Below, piece after piece: positions 49,430 through 62,890 of a DNA stretch of 64,000 bases. The stretch spans positions 62,001 through 126,000 of the forward strand of contig ADNK01000029.1 in assembly GCA_000320545.1 (NCBI GenBank). The letters are read 5' to 3'. Below the pieces are notes generated by a model. That model worked only from the letters and a program-made list of their open reading frames with translations, did no database searches and had not been told where the DNA came from. Each line of letters begins with the position of its first letter. Position 1 is the first letter of the stretch. This DNA comes from Bigelowiella natans CCMP2755. Taxonomy: Eukaryota; Protista; Cercozoa. A program made the position numbers and the translations under genes.

Positions 49430-51662
49430 ATGGCTTTGCACCTGAGGAGTTTCAAAGATAATGATCGAGATCTCGAGCGAGTCTCGAGAGAATATCTAGG
49501 AGAAAAGCGGGCCATATTATTGTCGGAACCCCCCAGCCAGCGTCGGTCGTTGCTTGTGCGCAGGCTACCCCTTCTCCGACTCGACGACAACGCTTCGCCC
49601 CCTAAGGCAGCCCGGCCTCGTGGAAAATGACTAGTGCGCCCCTCGATCGCTTCCTTCCTCCGAACCTGAATAACAGGGTAAGTGGAGGAGATGAAAAGGG
49701 CGGCGACAAACGAAGGCCTCCATACGGAAGTTTCGCCTCGAAACCAGAGGTAGAATACTGTGGATGTTTTGCATCCAATCATTCCCTAGATTCCATTTAT
49801 AGTTAGCACATAACCGAATTTTCGCACAGAATAGCGCCTAACCTATGCCAAACTTAATTTTGATCCAAACGGAGAGGAATCTGCGACCAAGTCGAGGTTG
49901 AATTTTGACACATCGCTTTGTCGGATACAGCACTCAGGTCTCGAGCGCTCGGCGAGTTTTGGACTGCCCCAAACATTTACTATGGGAATATCATACCCCA
50001 GGTCGGCCAATGAGTAATTTAGACGAGTATTTCCATCCACCAATCGATTGTTACCGACAGGCCGCTCAATCGGTACGGTTTGATGACGAATCGTCGTTTG
50101 CAACGCCTCAATTTACGAGCGCATGACATGGAAATCACCTACAGTGCCCCCCAACAGTTCCCTGGAGAGGTTGACGAATCGAAGATATAAGGACTTTCGA
50201 AAAATAGAAAAATTTTACATGAACGTGGGTGGGGGTTGTTTATTCTTCTTCTGCCACATAATGAATGGACGTGTGGTTGTTTATTCTTCTTCTGCCACAT
50301 AATGAATGGACGTGTGATCTTAGGGAGAAAGTGTCACAAGATTGTCTCTTGGAGACCGTTCTGACAGTGCATTTCAGTCTCTCATCGAATTGTCGAAATC
50401 CACAGGTTAGATTGTGGCGCGCTTTACCTAAATAAGCATATCTGCCATTTATGTCATATACTTACTACATCCCTCTTCTGGTAGTATTTCTCCCTGAAGG
50501 CTCCTGCTCTGTCACTTCAACGATCTTCAATATGGCGAACTGCCTCATAGGATCGGTTGTCGCTCAATATTTAATGCAGCCATTCATGCCAATGCACTAC
50601 AGTAAGAAGAGCTGCAAAGGAAGACATTATTATTATTATTATTCCAATCAAATCATAGGGCATTCTAGGACTCAAAGGAAGACATTATTATTATTATTCC
50701 AATCAAATCATAGGGCATTCTAGGACTCCCATTTGGGCTTGCTGTCGGTGGATGGGCAGGGCTTCTCGTGATGTTCATCGCAACCATTGGTTAATTATAC
50801 CAATTGGAACTTTTTTAATTGGGTTTCTTCAGCCATTAATTTCTCTCACATTTCTCTTCTGACTCCTTTCAGGCACCAGTTATACAGGAAAGATCATTGG
50901 ACGATGCATCGAACACCTTCTCATCAAGTTTCCGAATACGGGAAGGGATCGATATCAGGATATGGCCGAGCTGTGCTGCGAGAACAGATTGCTGGGAAAG
51001 TAGTTTCACAAGAGCCTGTCGGCACATATTATTAGTATATTATTTGCTAAAAATAGGAACGGTTATGATAATGCCATGGACCCGTGGATAGCAGTATTTG
51101 CGACGACATTTTTTGCGATGATGTCATTGTTAGTAACTCTAATTTGGGGCCCTGAAAGCACCTAGAAGCTAATCGAACACATATTGAAACATTGGACGCG
51201 CACGTACGCAACGTCCAATAATCCCATTTCTATACTCCGCATTGAAAATCATCTATTCCTAGCCTCGCGTGCCCCTCACTGATGATTGGGAGCTGACGAC
51301 TCTCTCTCTCGGTCATTAGGTTTTTCAAGTATATAATAAATGTTTCAATTGTGCTGGAGCTCTGGGGAGGCGGGTGCTCACGTATTATCTTACAGGTGAA
51401 CTACTGTTTCAGACAACGCAAAAAGAAGAAGAAGAAGATGATGATGATGATGATGATAATAATGAGATTGCTGAGGTGGCGAGAAAGTAGATATCGTACG
51501 ACCGTGATATTTCCCCATCTCCTTTCCTCTATTCGGAAAGAGGGGCATCTCGTGATCAGCATCATTATTACATCAACATCACTATTTTACCTACCATCAG
51601 GGCTCAAACTTGCATAAGATCTTCCCAGAGCACAGCGAACCCTTTTTCATGGGTAGAATCAC

Positions 51663-51702
<40 letters not shown>

Positions 51703-52447
51703 CTGATATATGTACCTGTCACATTCGCCTCGTTCGGAAATCATAAGGGGCTAACAACGTCACAGCGACGCAGACAGAGAAGCAGATAGATTGGCACCAA
51801 CGATGGAACGTGTATCGTTGTTGTTCGTCGGTCGTTCAACCTGTTGGTTTGCATACCCATCTTCGTTATTCAGTGGAGCTGCGACATGTTGGCAAAACTG
51901 ACACTGTATACTGCTGCTGCTGCTGCTACTTAGTTCTGTGCACTCTACTCTTGATCCCGTCTGTTTTCATCGACATGGAGGTCGGTCTGTCTGTTATTTG
52001 TTTACATTTTATTTTATTTTTCCACGTCTTCTGTTTCCACTTCTTCATCTTTACCATCATCATCTTCTTCTTCTTCTTCTGCATCTCCTCACACTCTCAC
52101 CAAGAAAAACAAGCGAGCCGGATTCGATATAAACGGATGATCTCATCCTCCTGTTGCTATTACCCGAAAGAGGAAAGAGAGGGGAAGGCGTCGTTTTCAT
52201 GCAATGAAAAGCACCTCTCTTCTACATGTCCCGTGCTGCTAGACTGTTGATCGTTGTGAGCTTTATTTATTATTATCCTACAGAAACTAGCGATCCTCTC
52301 GATGTTGGGACTCACGTCATCGATCTTACTTCTCTCCGGAATACTATGTAGTCTTAAATATTGACTAAGCGACGTTTTCAGCGGATAGTATTTCACGTAT
52401 AACATTTGTAAAATAAAGCGATACAAATAAATGATTTATATTTTCTA

Positions 52448-52486
<39 letters not shown>

Positions 52487-52984
52487 TTATATATTTATCT
52501 CGTTTTCGGAGAAATATGATGCTTCAGTTTGATCAAATTCACGGATCTTCTAGATGAAAAAGGGAGAGCTCGATCATGATATCGTCATCATTCGTCATCA
52601 TCGTGATCATCATCTCAAATTCTTGATCCTTTCTTCCTCCTGTATTCTGCCGATGGTTAATATGAAGTCGCTGGGTTCCAACGAGGAATAGCGGACGATA
52701 CCCAAGCAATCAGGGTGAGGCCAATTCATTCAGGAGCAGCCATTGAATCTATGCTTGTGTGTGCGCGCGCGCGGTGCGTGCGTGTGCGTGTGTGTTTTGA
52801 TAAGATTCTATTTTCCTCATCAAAGGTGGAAGGCCTTCCCATTACCTTTGGAATAATTCTCTTCTCATACTCGGGGTGTGGTGATGTGTGAACAGTGTAC
52901 ATGCATCGTATGGAAAGAGAGGAGGGTGGTTATACGAGTAGCCACTCTCCACTTATTACACACAGAAACAACCCACACACACAT

Positions 52985-53040
<56 letters not shown>

Positions 53041-53059
53041 TATATTTATTTATTTATTG

Positions 53060-53148
<89 letters not shown>

Positions 53149-53299
53149 TTTGTATTAACAGCCACGCCGTGTTCCCACAGATCTACCGATCGATGATTGA
53201 CAAACACCAGTAAACTCTGACGATGACAGTCGATTTCGCACATCATCGACCCTGACTCTCTCTCTCTACACGCACACAACACGCACAGATGCATATATG

Positions 53300-53338
<39 letters not shown>

Positions 53339-54117
53339 CACACAACTGTGCTCCTGATATGGATTGGAAATACGAGACTGCGTTATCATCGTTATCATCT
53401 GTGTACACTACTTCCTCCTCCTCCTCCTCCTCCTCTCTCCCCAACACCCCGTAATACATCAATAATGATCCAAGGTACCCAAAAGCTGTCGACGGCGCCT
53501 TTTACATATCGTTCACGTTCTACGCGTTAATGTCTGCCGGGGGGTACCTGTGCTGGGGAAGCATGACGAAGGACCAGGTCATTAAGCAAGTCCTTAATAT
53601 ATGATAACAATCATCACCAACATCGTCGCCAACGCACTTCGTCACGACGATGACGACGACGACGGCACAGTGGTGGACTTAGCTCGAAATAGGGTTGCTT
53701 TTGGTGTGTTTCTCCAACCATCTCGACGAGGGACGCCCATAGCGATGAAAACACACACATGTTCTTTTTTATTCTCTTCTTCTTCTTCTTCTTCTTCTTC
53801 TTCTTCTTCTTCTACTTCGGGGACACCGTTAGGTGCATGATCATCATCATCCTCATCATCATCACCATAACCACCATCATCATCATCCCACGACTGCAGT
53901 AGTAGCATGCTGCTCATCCAAGCGAGCGCTTGCCAACATCATATCACCCGCACTGAAGGATCATCAGCACGTCATACCGCTGATTAAATGTTATTACCAT
54001 GCAACTCTTTAGATCACCCTCAACCTTCCCGAAGGAATGTGGGCAGATACAGTCATTCTACTCACGGTTGGTAGTAATAGTAGTGGTAGTAGTAGTAGTG
54101 GAAGTAGTAGTGGAAGT

Positions 54118-54148
<31 letters not shown>

Positions 54149-55475
54149 CTTTCCGACTGACTGACCACCAAGGATGATTGGTTCATGTGATGATGGTGAT
54201 GATGATGATGATGGTGTTGTTGTTTCAGGTGATAAACACGCTGCTCTCCTACCCTCTTATCATGACTGCGCCGATTGAGGCCACAGGTGCGTACCTATCC
54301 GCAGCCTGACGAGCAGCTCTGGAAGCATCATCAACAATCATCGGCATCATTATTCTTCTAAAGAATTCGTCGTTGTACACGTACCTTGACCTGCTGCTGC
54401 TGGTGGTGGTGGTGGTGGTGCTTTGCTCTACCATCGTTATTGACGTTGCTGTTGGTACTGTTGGTTGCTGTGCAACTAGAGGATTTTCTCGGCATATCTG
54501 AGCTTTCCAACGCCTGCCTGCGGGACACCGGGAGAGTTATTGTAAGAAAGAAATGATGACGATGATGATGATGATGATGATAGTGCTGGTGGTGGTCGTG
54601 GTGAGTCTTACCTTTTAGAAACCGTAACACTCGACAAACAAATGGACCCTCCCATACTTTCCTCCGCTTCGCTTTCTTGCCTCGTCTTCTATGTTATCCT
54701 ATCGTCTTTTTTGGTTGTCATTTCTTGGGGTGACATCGTCATTTATCCAGGTTCGCGTGACGCTCGTCTTGGGCACGTTGGCGGTGGCATTGACTATCTC
54801 AAATTTTGCATTAAGTCGCCAGCAACTACTGATGATGATGATTGTGATGGTGATGATGGTGATGATGATAATGATGATAATGATGATAATGATAATGGTG
54901 ATGATGACGAGAAGAAGAATGAGGAGAACGATAATGCCTAAAATCGAGTACTAAACCTTGCATTGACGCTGAATAACGGAACCCACCATCACCACCGTTT
55001 TCTCCCCTCATGATATCTTCGTTCAGTTGCAACGTTCATCGGGGCCGTGTTCACTATGGGGGTTAGTAGTTTTGTACTAATGATCCCTGCTGATGAAGTC
55101 GATGAGTGACAAAACAACTACAACAACAACAAAAGACAACCTGGCGTTCGCAATATATTATTAGGTGTCGCTGATTTTCCCGTGTGTCATATACTTGAAA
55201 ATGCTGCATTTTGGATTGCCGCCGAAGATCAGGTTTGCCTGTGGACATTTCGACGATCAACGATGAGAGAGAGTGAATCCATCATATTTCATTCATTCAG
55301 GGAACGAAAAGGCCTTCCTGCTGTTGAGATAGCCGTGAACATCCTTTTGATACTCCTTGGATTCTTCGGCACGATAACGGGTGATTTCTTTGTCCATTTG
55401 CAACCTAAGCTGAATAAGCTGACACTTCAATCATACGACACAGGAGTATGGCAAGGGCTGCAGCAATTGTATTAG
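49430..55475 (+). CDS. Amino acid transporter, Aa_trans/AAAP family (AVT1-like vacuolar type); many small exons, start uncertain
   Basis: Spliced motifs in the expected order: TIFNMANCLIGS/GILGLPFGLAVGGWAG, SYTGKIIGRC, LLIPSVF, KLAILSMLG, GLPITFGIILFSYSG/HAVFPQIYRSM, GGYLCWGSMTKDQ/ITLNLP, NTLLSYPLIMTAP, VRVTLVLGTLAVALTISNF, FIGA, SLIFPCVIYLK. Stop at 55473-55475. Confidence 0.85.
50234..50315. repeat. Perfect 41-bp tandem duplication (intronic)
   Basis: ggttgtttattcttcttctgccacataatgaatggacgtgt x2. Confidence 0.95.
50616..50728 (+). repeat. 58/55-bp tandem duplication spanning a splice acceptor
   Basis: aaaggaagac(att)n-ccaatcaaatcatag/ggcattctaggactc x2. The copies differ by one ATT unit. 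Confidence 0.92.
52975..53146. repeat. Compound intronic microsatellite (CA)n(TA)n...(CT)n(TG)n
   Basis: Direct read of the sequence. Confidence 0.93.
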
Positions 55476-56320
55476 TGTCGCTCGGCCGAGGAACAAGCGA
55501 GCTACGCTTAGTCCTAAAGCTTCGTGATGATGTAGTGATTATTGAAATATATATATATTTGATTGTACGATACGACGCGTGAACTTGAACGGAAGTGGTT
55601 TATTGGCTGCTCTGATGCAAATACTAATATTCGGGTAGTGCATTTGCACTTAAGCTCACGATCTGCAAGAATAATGCGCGCACAGCAATATTGAAGCGCA
55701 AGGTGCAAATCTCCTTTTACAAGTATTATCTTTATAATATGAGCAAGCTAGTAAGCCATATCTACCACATCTTAAATGTTCGCTCGTGCTCAGCTAGTCA
55801 GCTATCAAAACCGAGATGTATTATAACGCTGACTAGCTGAACGATTATTGCTAAACAACAGCAGCTAGCAGCAATGCATCATTATCAATATATCTAGAAA
55901 TGCGCACGCACATTGCTAGATTAGACTAGCTAGCTAACAAGCAGCCGATAAACTCTCCATATATAGCCTGCAAGCTATGTGAAATTCTCCTTTGGCTGCG
56001 AAGCTACTACACTGGTCACTGTAGTCTAGTAGTCATAGCATGTGCGTATACGTGTCTAGATGCAGCTGCTGATGGGCGTAGTGCTCTACTGCTCACTATA
56101 AGACCCCATGATGAGTGCACCCTAGACACCGTGCGGCTATGCACACCCTCGATGCTGTACATTACTCTGGATTTGTCTGCGACAAATGCATGCACATGGT
56201 CATTTATCTAAGAAGCTTTGTCTGGATATTATTTGTTCAATGATTTGATAATTTCAAGATCTAGAAGATACTTTATTTTCTGTTGCGTTTTTTCCCAACA
56301 TAACGACTACTTCGTTACGT

Positions 56321-58298
56321 TCACGCCCTTGCCTGTGACGATTGCTCAGCGTCCATTTGTTTTTGAAATTCGGTGGCTGTTCTTTCGGCATCCTCGAGCA
56401 TTCCCAGGAGTTCATCGTCTGACATTTCTTCCAATCTAAACAGATAGAATCAAAATATCAGTGACTGAGTATACTATAAGATGCTATTATTATCATATCC
56501 AAGAAGCTATTACTACTGCAACTGCCCATACTACTACGCATGGTAATGTGAGGATCGATGTGTGCAAATATGGACCGTTTCATCATGACGGCATCTTCAT
56601 AGTCTTTCAGCTGTTGCACGTACGTCATCTGCGATTCGGTTGTTTATGTGTGCACGCAAACAATGATCACGAACTTGTATTCAGTAGGGAAGGTAAAGGT
56701 TGAGACGAATAATGGAATTTGTGTCAATGAGGTAGAAAAGGTAGGAAAAGCAGGAGAAACGGAAACAAAATGTAAATAATGCACACCAGCACCGAAAGCT
56801 ACTTCGATGAAGATGCTCCCCTTTTTTTTTGTGAGAAAATAATAATAATAATCTTGTGTGTGGAAGAAGGAAATGCGTCGATCCAATCATCATACGTTCT
56901 TTGTGGCGACGCGGTACAGGTATGTGAAGGTCCAGGCCATCAATCCTCCTGCAATGATGTGTGTACGTGTGTCTTATATGGAAGGTTTTGTTCATTCCAC
57001 GGACGACGTGACGGTCGGAAAAACATAGGCAATTCTTTATGCCGAAGAAAAATTTGTAATCAGTGACACAGCATCATCATCATCATCAGCAGCAACAGCA
57101 ACAAGCATTATCATATGGTTCTCGCGAGGTGGTGATGGTGGTAGGCATGATTCTTGTAGTACCGAAGAGATAGAGGAAGCTTGCCCATGGGCCTGCCTTC
57201 TCAGCTGACATCTACGCCAATTGATGACCAGGCGAAAGGGGGATGGGGAGGGGGGGGGGATGAAGAAGCATCAGGGATCGAAAACTTCGCACGCGACTGG
57301 CCTTCGACATGAAAAAGAAGGAAAAACCAAAATCGTTCTCGGAACGGTCTTCCAAGTTAATGCTAAGGGCTCATTACTGGCCTTGGTGACTACTAAATCA
57401 GCTTTCTACATGATTTTTTATATTGTCAATGATATCGAGAAAGAAATCGCACCCCATTGGCCTGCAGCCCATAGTAGATGGCCAGAGGAAATACAACAGT
57501 AAAAATAGGCACTACGAGTGCCCCACCCTTCGTCCCTATCAAAGTGGAGGATGATGGGAAGAAGAGAAAATATTTTAGATAGTGAGTGTCTACCTGTAAT
57601 CAACAGGGATGGAAAAGAACATAGGTAAGCGGCGACGCTAACAGGAAGAAAGGTTGCGTTTTTCTTTGTTATTACCAACATCGAAGTACCACGGGAGTGG
57701 CTGCGGCTCGCCGACCTCATTTTCTTGAGCACGCACCTGAAGAGCAGCATGCCGTCCTTTTAGACCACCTGTTAAGAGATTTTCAGTTGTATACAGGTGA
57801 GTGGTGTGCAGCAACACAAAACCGCACAAAATAGGTTGACGATGGGAATACCGAAGAAACCATTAGAAAACTAAGAGAAGACGTCGAAAAGAATAATCTA
57901 TATTTGCATCGCTACAGCTATGCAATTGCAGGCTTCCTGCCATAGATCACCGTATATTTCCATGCTCTTTCGTCGCAGAAGTGCTTTGTCGTTGACGTTG
58001 CCCACGGAGTAGAAGGGCTGGTCTCTAACGATAGCCCGAGAAAGTGAGGATGAACGAGAGCTTGCAGTTTTTGGCCTGAATGATAGTGGTGATGATGACG
58101 ATGACAGCCCATTCTGCGCTCGGATAGTTTGGACACGCTGTAGGACGTTGGGCTTGTTTGCATTGTGGAAGATAAGTAGAAATCCAGCAAAGGCACCCAC
58201 TAGGACGAATAGCAGCAACGACCTGTATGATTGAAATATTGTGGCCTTTAAGTCGAAATTGGCTTTACATATGTTTGAAATCCTTCGAAGGACGGCAT
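56321..58298 (-). CDS. DUF3007-family membrane protein with bipartite plastid-targeting-like leader (start uncertain)
   Basis: Spliced exons give GGLMAWTFTYLYRVATKN/MTYVQQLKDYEDAVMMKR/LEEMSDDEL, matching the cyanobacterial/plastid DUF3007 signature as I recall it. N-terminal hydrophobic LLLFVLVGAFAGFLLIF is followed by an S/R-rich tract. TGA stop at 56321-56323. Confidence 0.75.
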
Positions 58299-59191
58299 TA
58301 ACAGATTGAAATGAACGAAGAGAACCCGAATACCGTCGACGAGTTGCAAAGGTGAAGATGTTCCCGTGTTGTTTTTAATGCAAATCGTAATGAAAGCATT
58401 TCCCACAATAACATCTTAATTCCCCATCCAATCCGAATGTAGTTTTTTCAGATTTTATATTCATAAAGAGTAATTCAAAACTATGTGTATGTAGAAGCCA
58501 AGTCTTAAAATGCTTTATTTTACGAAGCTTGCGTAGCCTTTTTCGTTCGAATGGCTTCTTCAAACGAGGAACGTAGCCAGCCGAACTCGTAGTTTCGACG
58601 CGGCAGCAAAGAAAATGACGTTGCCACCAGCTCAGAACAGAAAGAGACTGGGACAAAATTTAAAAAAAAAAGGGTATATTCACTCTCAGAATCGATGACC
58701 TTGCCTTCCTGGGAGAAGGTTGATAGGGGAGGGGAGCACCATGGTTTAGTGGTCCATGCATCATTCTGGGTTTGTGCAGAAACCTGATAAGTCTCCTTAT
58801 ATTTTCATCCTGCGACAATCTAAATCGATGAAAAACTGCCCAAATGCGAAGGCAGCGGCGACGAGATGCCAACCCACTGATAAAAAGAGATAGATACCCG
58901 GAAACATCGATATTAATAGAGTGAACCGTCGTAACTATGAGAGTATAAGAACAACAATAAGAACAATGCCGGGATTTAGAAACAAGTTACAGCGGAAAGG
59001 ATCTGACTACGAAGAATGCCCCAGAACCGTCCTCCTACTTCTTCCTCTTCCCCCTCGAGCTGAGATTTTGCTACTTGGATTTTAGGCTAAAAAAGATACG
59101 GAACAACACCAGTCAGATCACTTCGAACCAGAACCGAAAATCCTAAATTTCGCACCGCCTACCTTCAGGGAGGTATGCATGAGAGGGAGTA

Positions 59192-59249
59192 GAGAGAGAG
59201 AGAGAGGGAGAGAGAGAGAGAGAGGGAGAAAGAGAGAGAGAGAGAGAGA
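59192..59249. repeat. (GA)n microsatellite upstream of the WD40 gene
   Basis: Direct read of the sequence. Confidence 0.9.
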
Positions 59250-59308
59250 AGCTGTAACTTCGTGCACACTGAAAGAATTTGCACACAGATAGTGGACTCG
59301 TGTTGAAA

Positions 59309-60104
59309 ATGGAGTCGGGGCCGGCCGCGGCTTCTTTGCTGCCCCACAACCCAATAACCCCTCACTCCCATATTTGGGCCGCCTGCGACCACCATACTCC
59401 TTCGAGTATCTCGGATAGATCCAAACAGCATCAGACGAGATGGGTAAGTTGTTGTTGCGAGAGGAGTTTTATTGCGATGATACAAACTGGAATCGCACAA
59501 TAAGTGCGGCCACATGTTTTGCACAACCTGATCACTTCTCTATTTCACAGGTATATGCAATGGGAGGGCAGGTCTGCGTTCTCGACCATACCCTGAAGAA
59601 GATCGGACAGCTTGACATTAAAAAAATTGGTAACAGATGGCATCACCAACTAATTCTATCTTCCCTGAAGTTGCCACAAACGACGCTCATGGTATGTACT
59701 TGTATGTGGTTGAATGACAAACGAAGCTCCAGATGAGACATCGGTTCCGCATTGCCTCTCGACCAGCGCACATGAAGGGTTTCACCTAGCTGTGGCAGCT
59801 GGGAAGCACATATATCTATTTCCATCGATTGTACCCCTCAAGAATGTACGTCACCAAAATTAAATTCTGTTCTCTCCCCCCCCCCCCCCTCTCTCTCTCT
59901 GTCTCTCTCACATTCATTCATTCATTCTTTCATTCATTCATTCTTTTATTGATTACTGCTGCGCAAAGGCATACACGCATGCGACGGTAGTGGATTGCAG
60001 GGAGGCCTTGTCAAGCATCGCAATAACAAAGGTACGTAGGCGGTAGTAAGTACCTGTGGTAGCATTTCATGAAACTCTCTCCCTCACTCTCTCCCTGTGC
60101 GTGT

Positions 60105-60144
<40 letters not shown>

Positions 60145-62851
60145 CTCCTTTCTGTGCATAAATGCTGTCTAAATACGTCCGTGTGTGTGTGGGGGGGCAG
60201 GGTTACTTGATCGGGGCCAGTCGGGAGCGCTTGATTGCATGGAAGTTGATGATTGACATACAGAGCGGAAAACACAAGGTCGTTGCTCGAAACATCATAA
60301 TAATAATGAAGAAAGAACGAGTCCTCTCTGGCGAATGCAGAGAATCTTACCAATATTATCCGCATCGATTGCTCGATTCTCCCCATCCCGACGCACACAT
60401 CGAGGCTTTTTAAACGACTGGGGGGGGGTTGTTTGGTTGGATGTGAGCATCCCGGAAGAGTATTGTCCTAAGTTATCTTACAACCCTCCTCCTCCTCCTG
60501 TTTACAGGTAGAATTTGCATGGAGCGTGGGGCTTAGTATCCCCGTGGAGACCATACGCGCCTCCCCTGATGGGCGCCATCTGGCAATCGTGCACTACATA
60601 TCGCCGGACGCCTACATCGGGCACAAGATTCCGGAAGTCCCAGCTGTAAGTGTGTGGGATCTTTGGGATGGTAGAGGCAGCAGCAGCAGAAGAAGAAGGG
60701 ACACACCGCCCCCTCACCACATCTTGCTGCACCCAGCGCCTGTGCTTAGCATACAATGGTAATGATATTATTGAGAGGAATGTTCACAATCGTGGTTGTT
60801 AGACGTGAAGACGATGTGAGATGACGATCGAATGCAAAAAATGCGCGTCTTTCGTTAGTTGCGGTTTACTTTCCTTCACTACCTCACCCAATGCTTCCAG
60901 GCGCCCTGCATTGAAGCTGCCCCACAAGCAATGGAATGGCAGCGAACGCAGTGATGCTGACGAAAACGCCATTCTCACTACGTGCTTGGATGGTGATGTG
61001 CGCCTGTGGAGAACGATCGTTCCTAAGCAGTACGCGAAGGCAGTGGCAAATGATGCGGGGTATATATTTTTGTTTATACCCAGCACAAAATGTTTCCTCA
61101 CTTCTCAAATTAACTCACCTCCCCCTCTCTATTCCCTGTCTCTACCTTGCTATCTGTGTGTGTTCATGTTTCTGTGTGTGTGTGCCCCCCCTCCTCTCCT
61201 GTACGTATCTGCTATGTGTCATCTTGATAAACAGGTTGAGGGGCATCATTCCTCAATGGTTTCCTGCCGTTGAAATCGAAGCTAACAGCCGTGACTCAAA
61301 GGGTGGCGGACGGTTAGTTGCTGCTGCAGTGATACGCTAACAATAGATGCTCGATGCAATAATTTATCAAGGGCGAGTTCCAAAATTTCAAATTCTTTTA
61401 CTGATTCATCAGGTACATCGGTGCGGCACTTTTTTCGGTATTATGCGTGGAATCCCCTCTCTCTTTCTGTCGTTCGACGAAGAGCACCTGTGTTGTAATG
61501 GTGCTGCTGGGACATGGAGAGCGGCTTGTCTAATTTTTTTTCATCCTCCGATATCCCCCCCTCCCCATCTTCTTACACTTCTCACCTCCTCCCCCTCCTC
61601 CTCCTCCTCCTCCTCCTAATGCCCTCTACTCCTCTCTTTATTCCCTCTTTCTTCTATCACGGTCATTTGTTTATCCTCAGGGAGCTGAGACTGTGAATAG
61701 CGACGACCGTATCCTTTGGATGATCACTGTTCAGTCTGGGGGTGTTCTCTGGTTGTGGCGAGCCAACAGCGAGCTCACGTGGCCTCGCAGGCAGCTCCGA
61801 TTCATCCGCATGTAATACTGCAACAACAAAACGCTGATTGGTTAAACTTCACGTGCTGTTGTGTATTTGTTGGCCTCTCTCGAAAACTCGTTTTCCTTTC
61901 ATTACCATTGCCACTGCATCGCTATTTTTTGTATATCTTCGTCTCGAGCATCCCGATGTTTCAGGTATCAAATGAAGCCAAGCGCGCCGGATTATATGAT
62001 GCCGGCCACTGCGTTTTTGGTGGCAAAAGCAACGGCGATTTTCCCACCAGAACCGTATCTTCCAGATGTACGCTCTACTGCAACAAATTTATGATCACCT
62101 TCAAAATGCAACATTCGTTTCTCCCGCTCTCTGCCCCCCCCCCCCCCCCCCCCCTCTCTCTCTTAACAACCCCATTACTTATCACATGAACATTGTCAGG
62201 ATACAAGATAATCAATCTCCACTGATTACGATGATGATGTTGTTGTTAATGAATATGATGATGTTGTTGTTAATGAATATGATGATGATGATGCACGATT
62301 GGAGCGCGATGACAGTGTTGGTGATATGAGACGAAGTCACCGTGTTCTTATCGCACTCATTCACATTCGTTGCTTTTCTTCCATCAGGTTCCTCGTCCCA
62401 ACCCCACCCCTGATACTGCTCACCGAGCGCCATCCGTTGTTCATCTGTATGCTGTGACGCGAGGCTGCGCTCTTCGGTTCTGGCAAGCGACAACCCCAGT
62501 AGCTCGAGGCGATGACGCTTCTTCGCCGCTCTTGAACCATGGCCTGTGGACCCCTGTCGCTACACATCGTCTCGCAGCAGAAGCCAGCCATGATATCTAC
62601 ATGCGCTTGCACAGCAGTAGCAAACGCCGCAAAATTGTCGCGCCTTTGCTATCGTCGTCGCCTCCTTCAACATGTACGTGCTCGGTGCACCCCCATCCGA
62701 TAGAGAGCGTGGGGTTGGTCGCAGTTGTACGCAAGGGCGTCGTTTCGATATGGGCTATTGGATCTGATGTGGAGGTGGTTCCCAGGCTAGTTGACACTAA
62801 GGAGCTGGTACGTTTCTCTCCACACCACCCTTTCCCCCCTCCCTCCTTCGG

Positions 62852-62890
<39 letters not shown>

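Noticed and set aside
50234-50728. Direct repeats as a CRISPR array
   Set aside because: These are two-copy head-to-tail duplications with no spacers, in a eukaryotic context with no cas genes.
52878-55032. ORFs rich in YI, HT, CV, SL and poly-D/H/M repeats
   Set aside because: They are translations of intronic microsatellites within the transporter gene.
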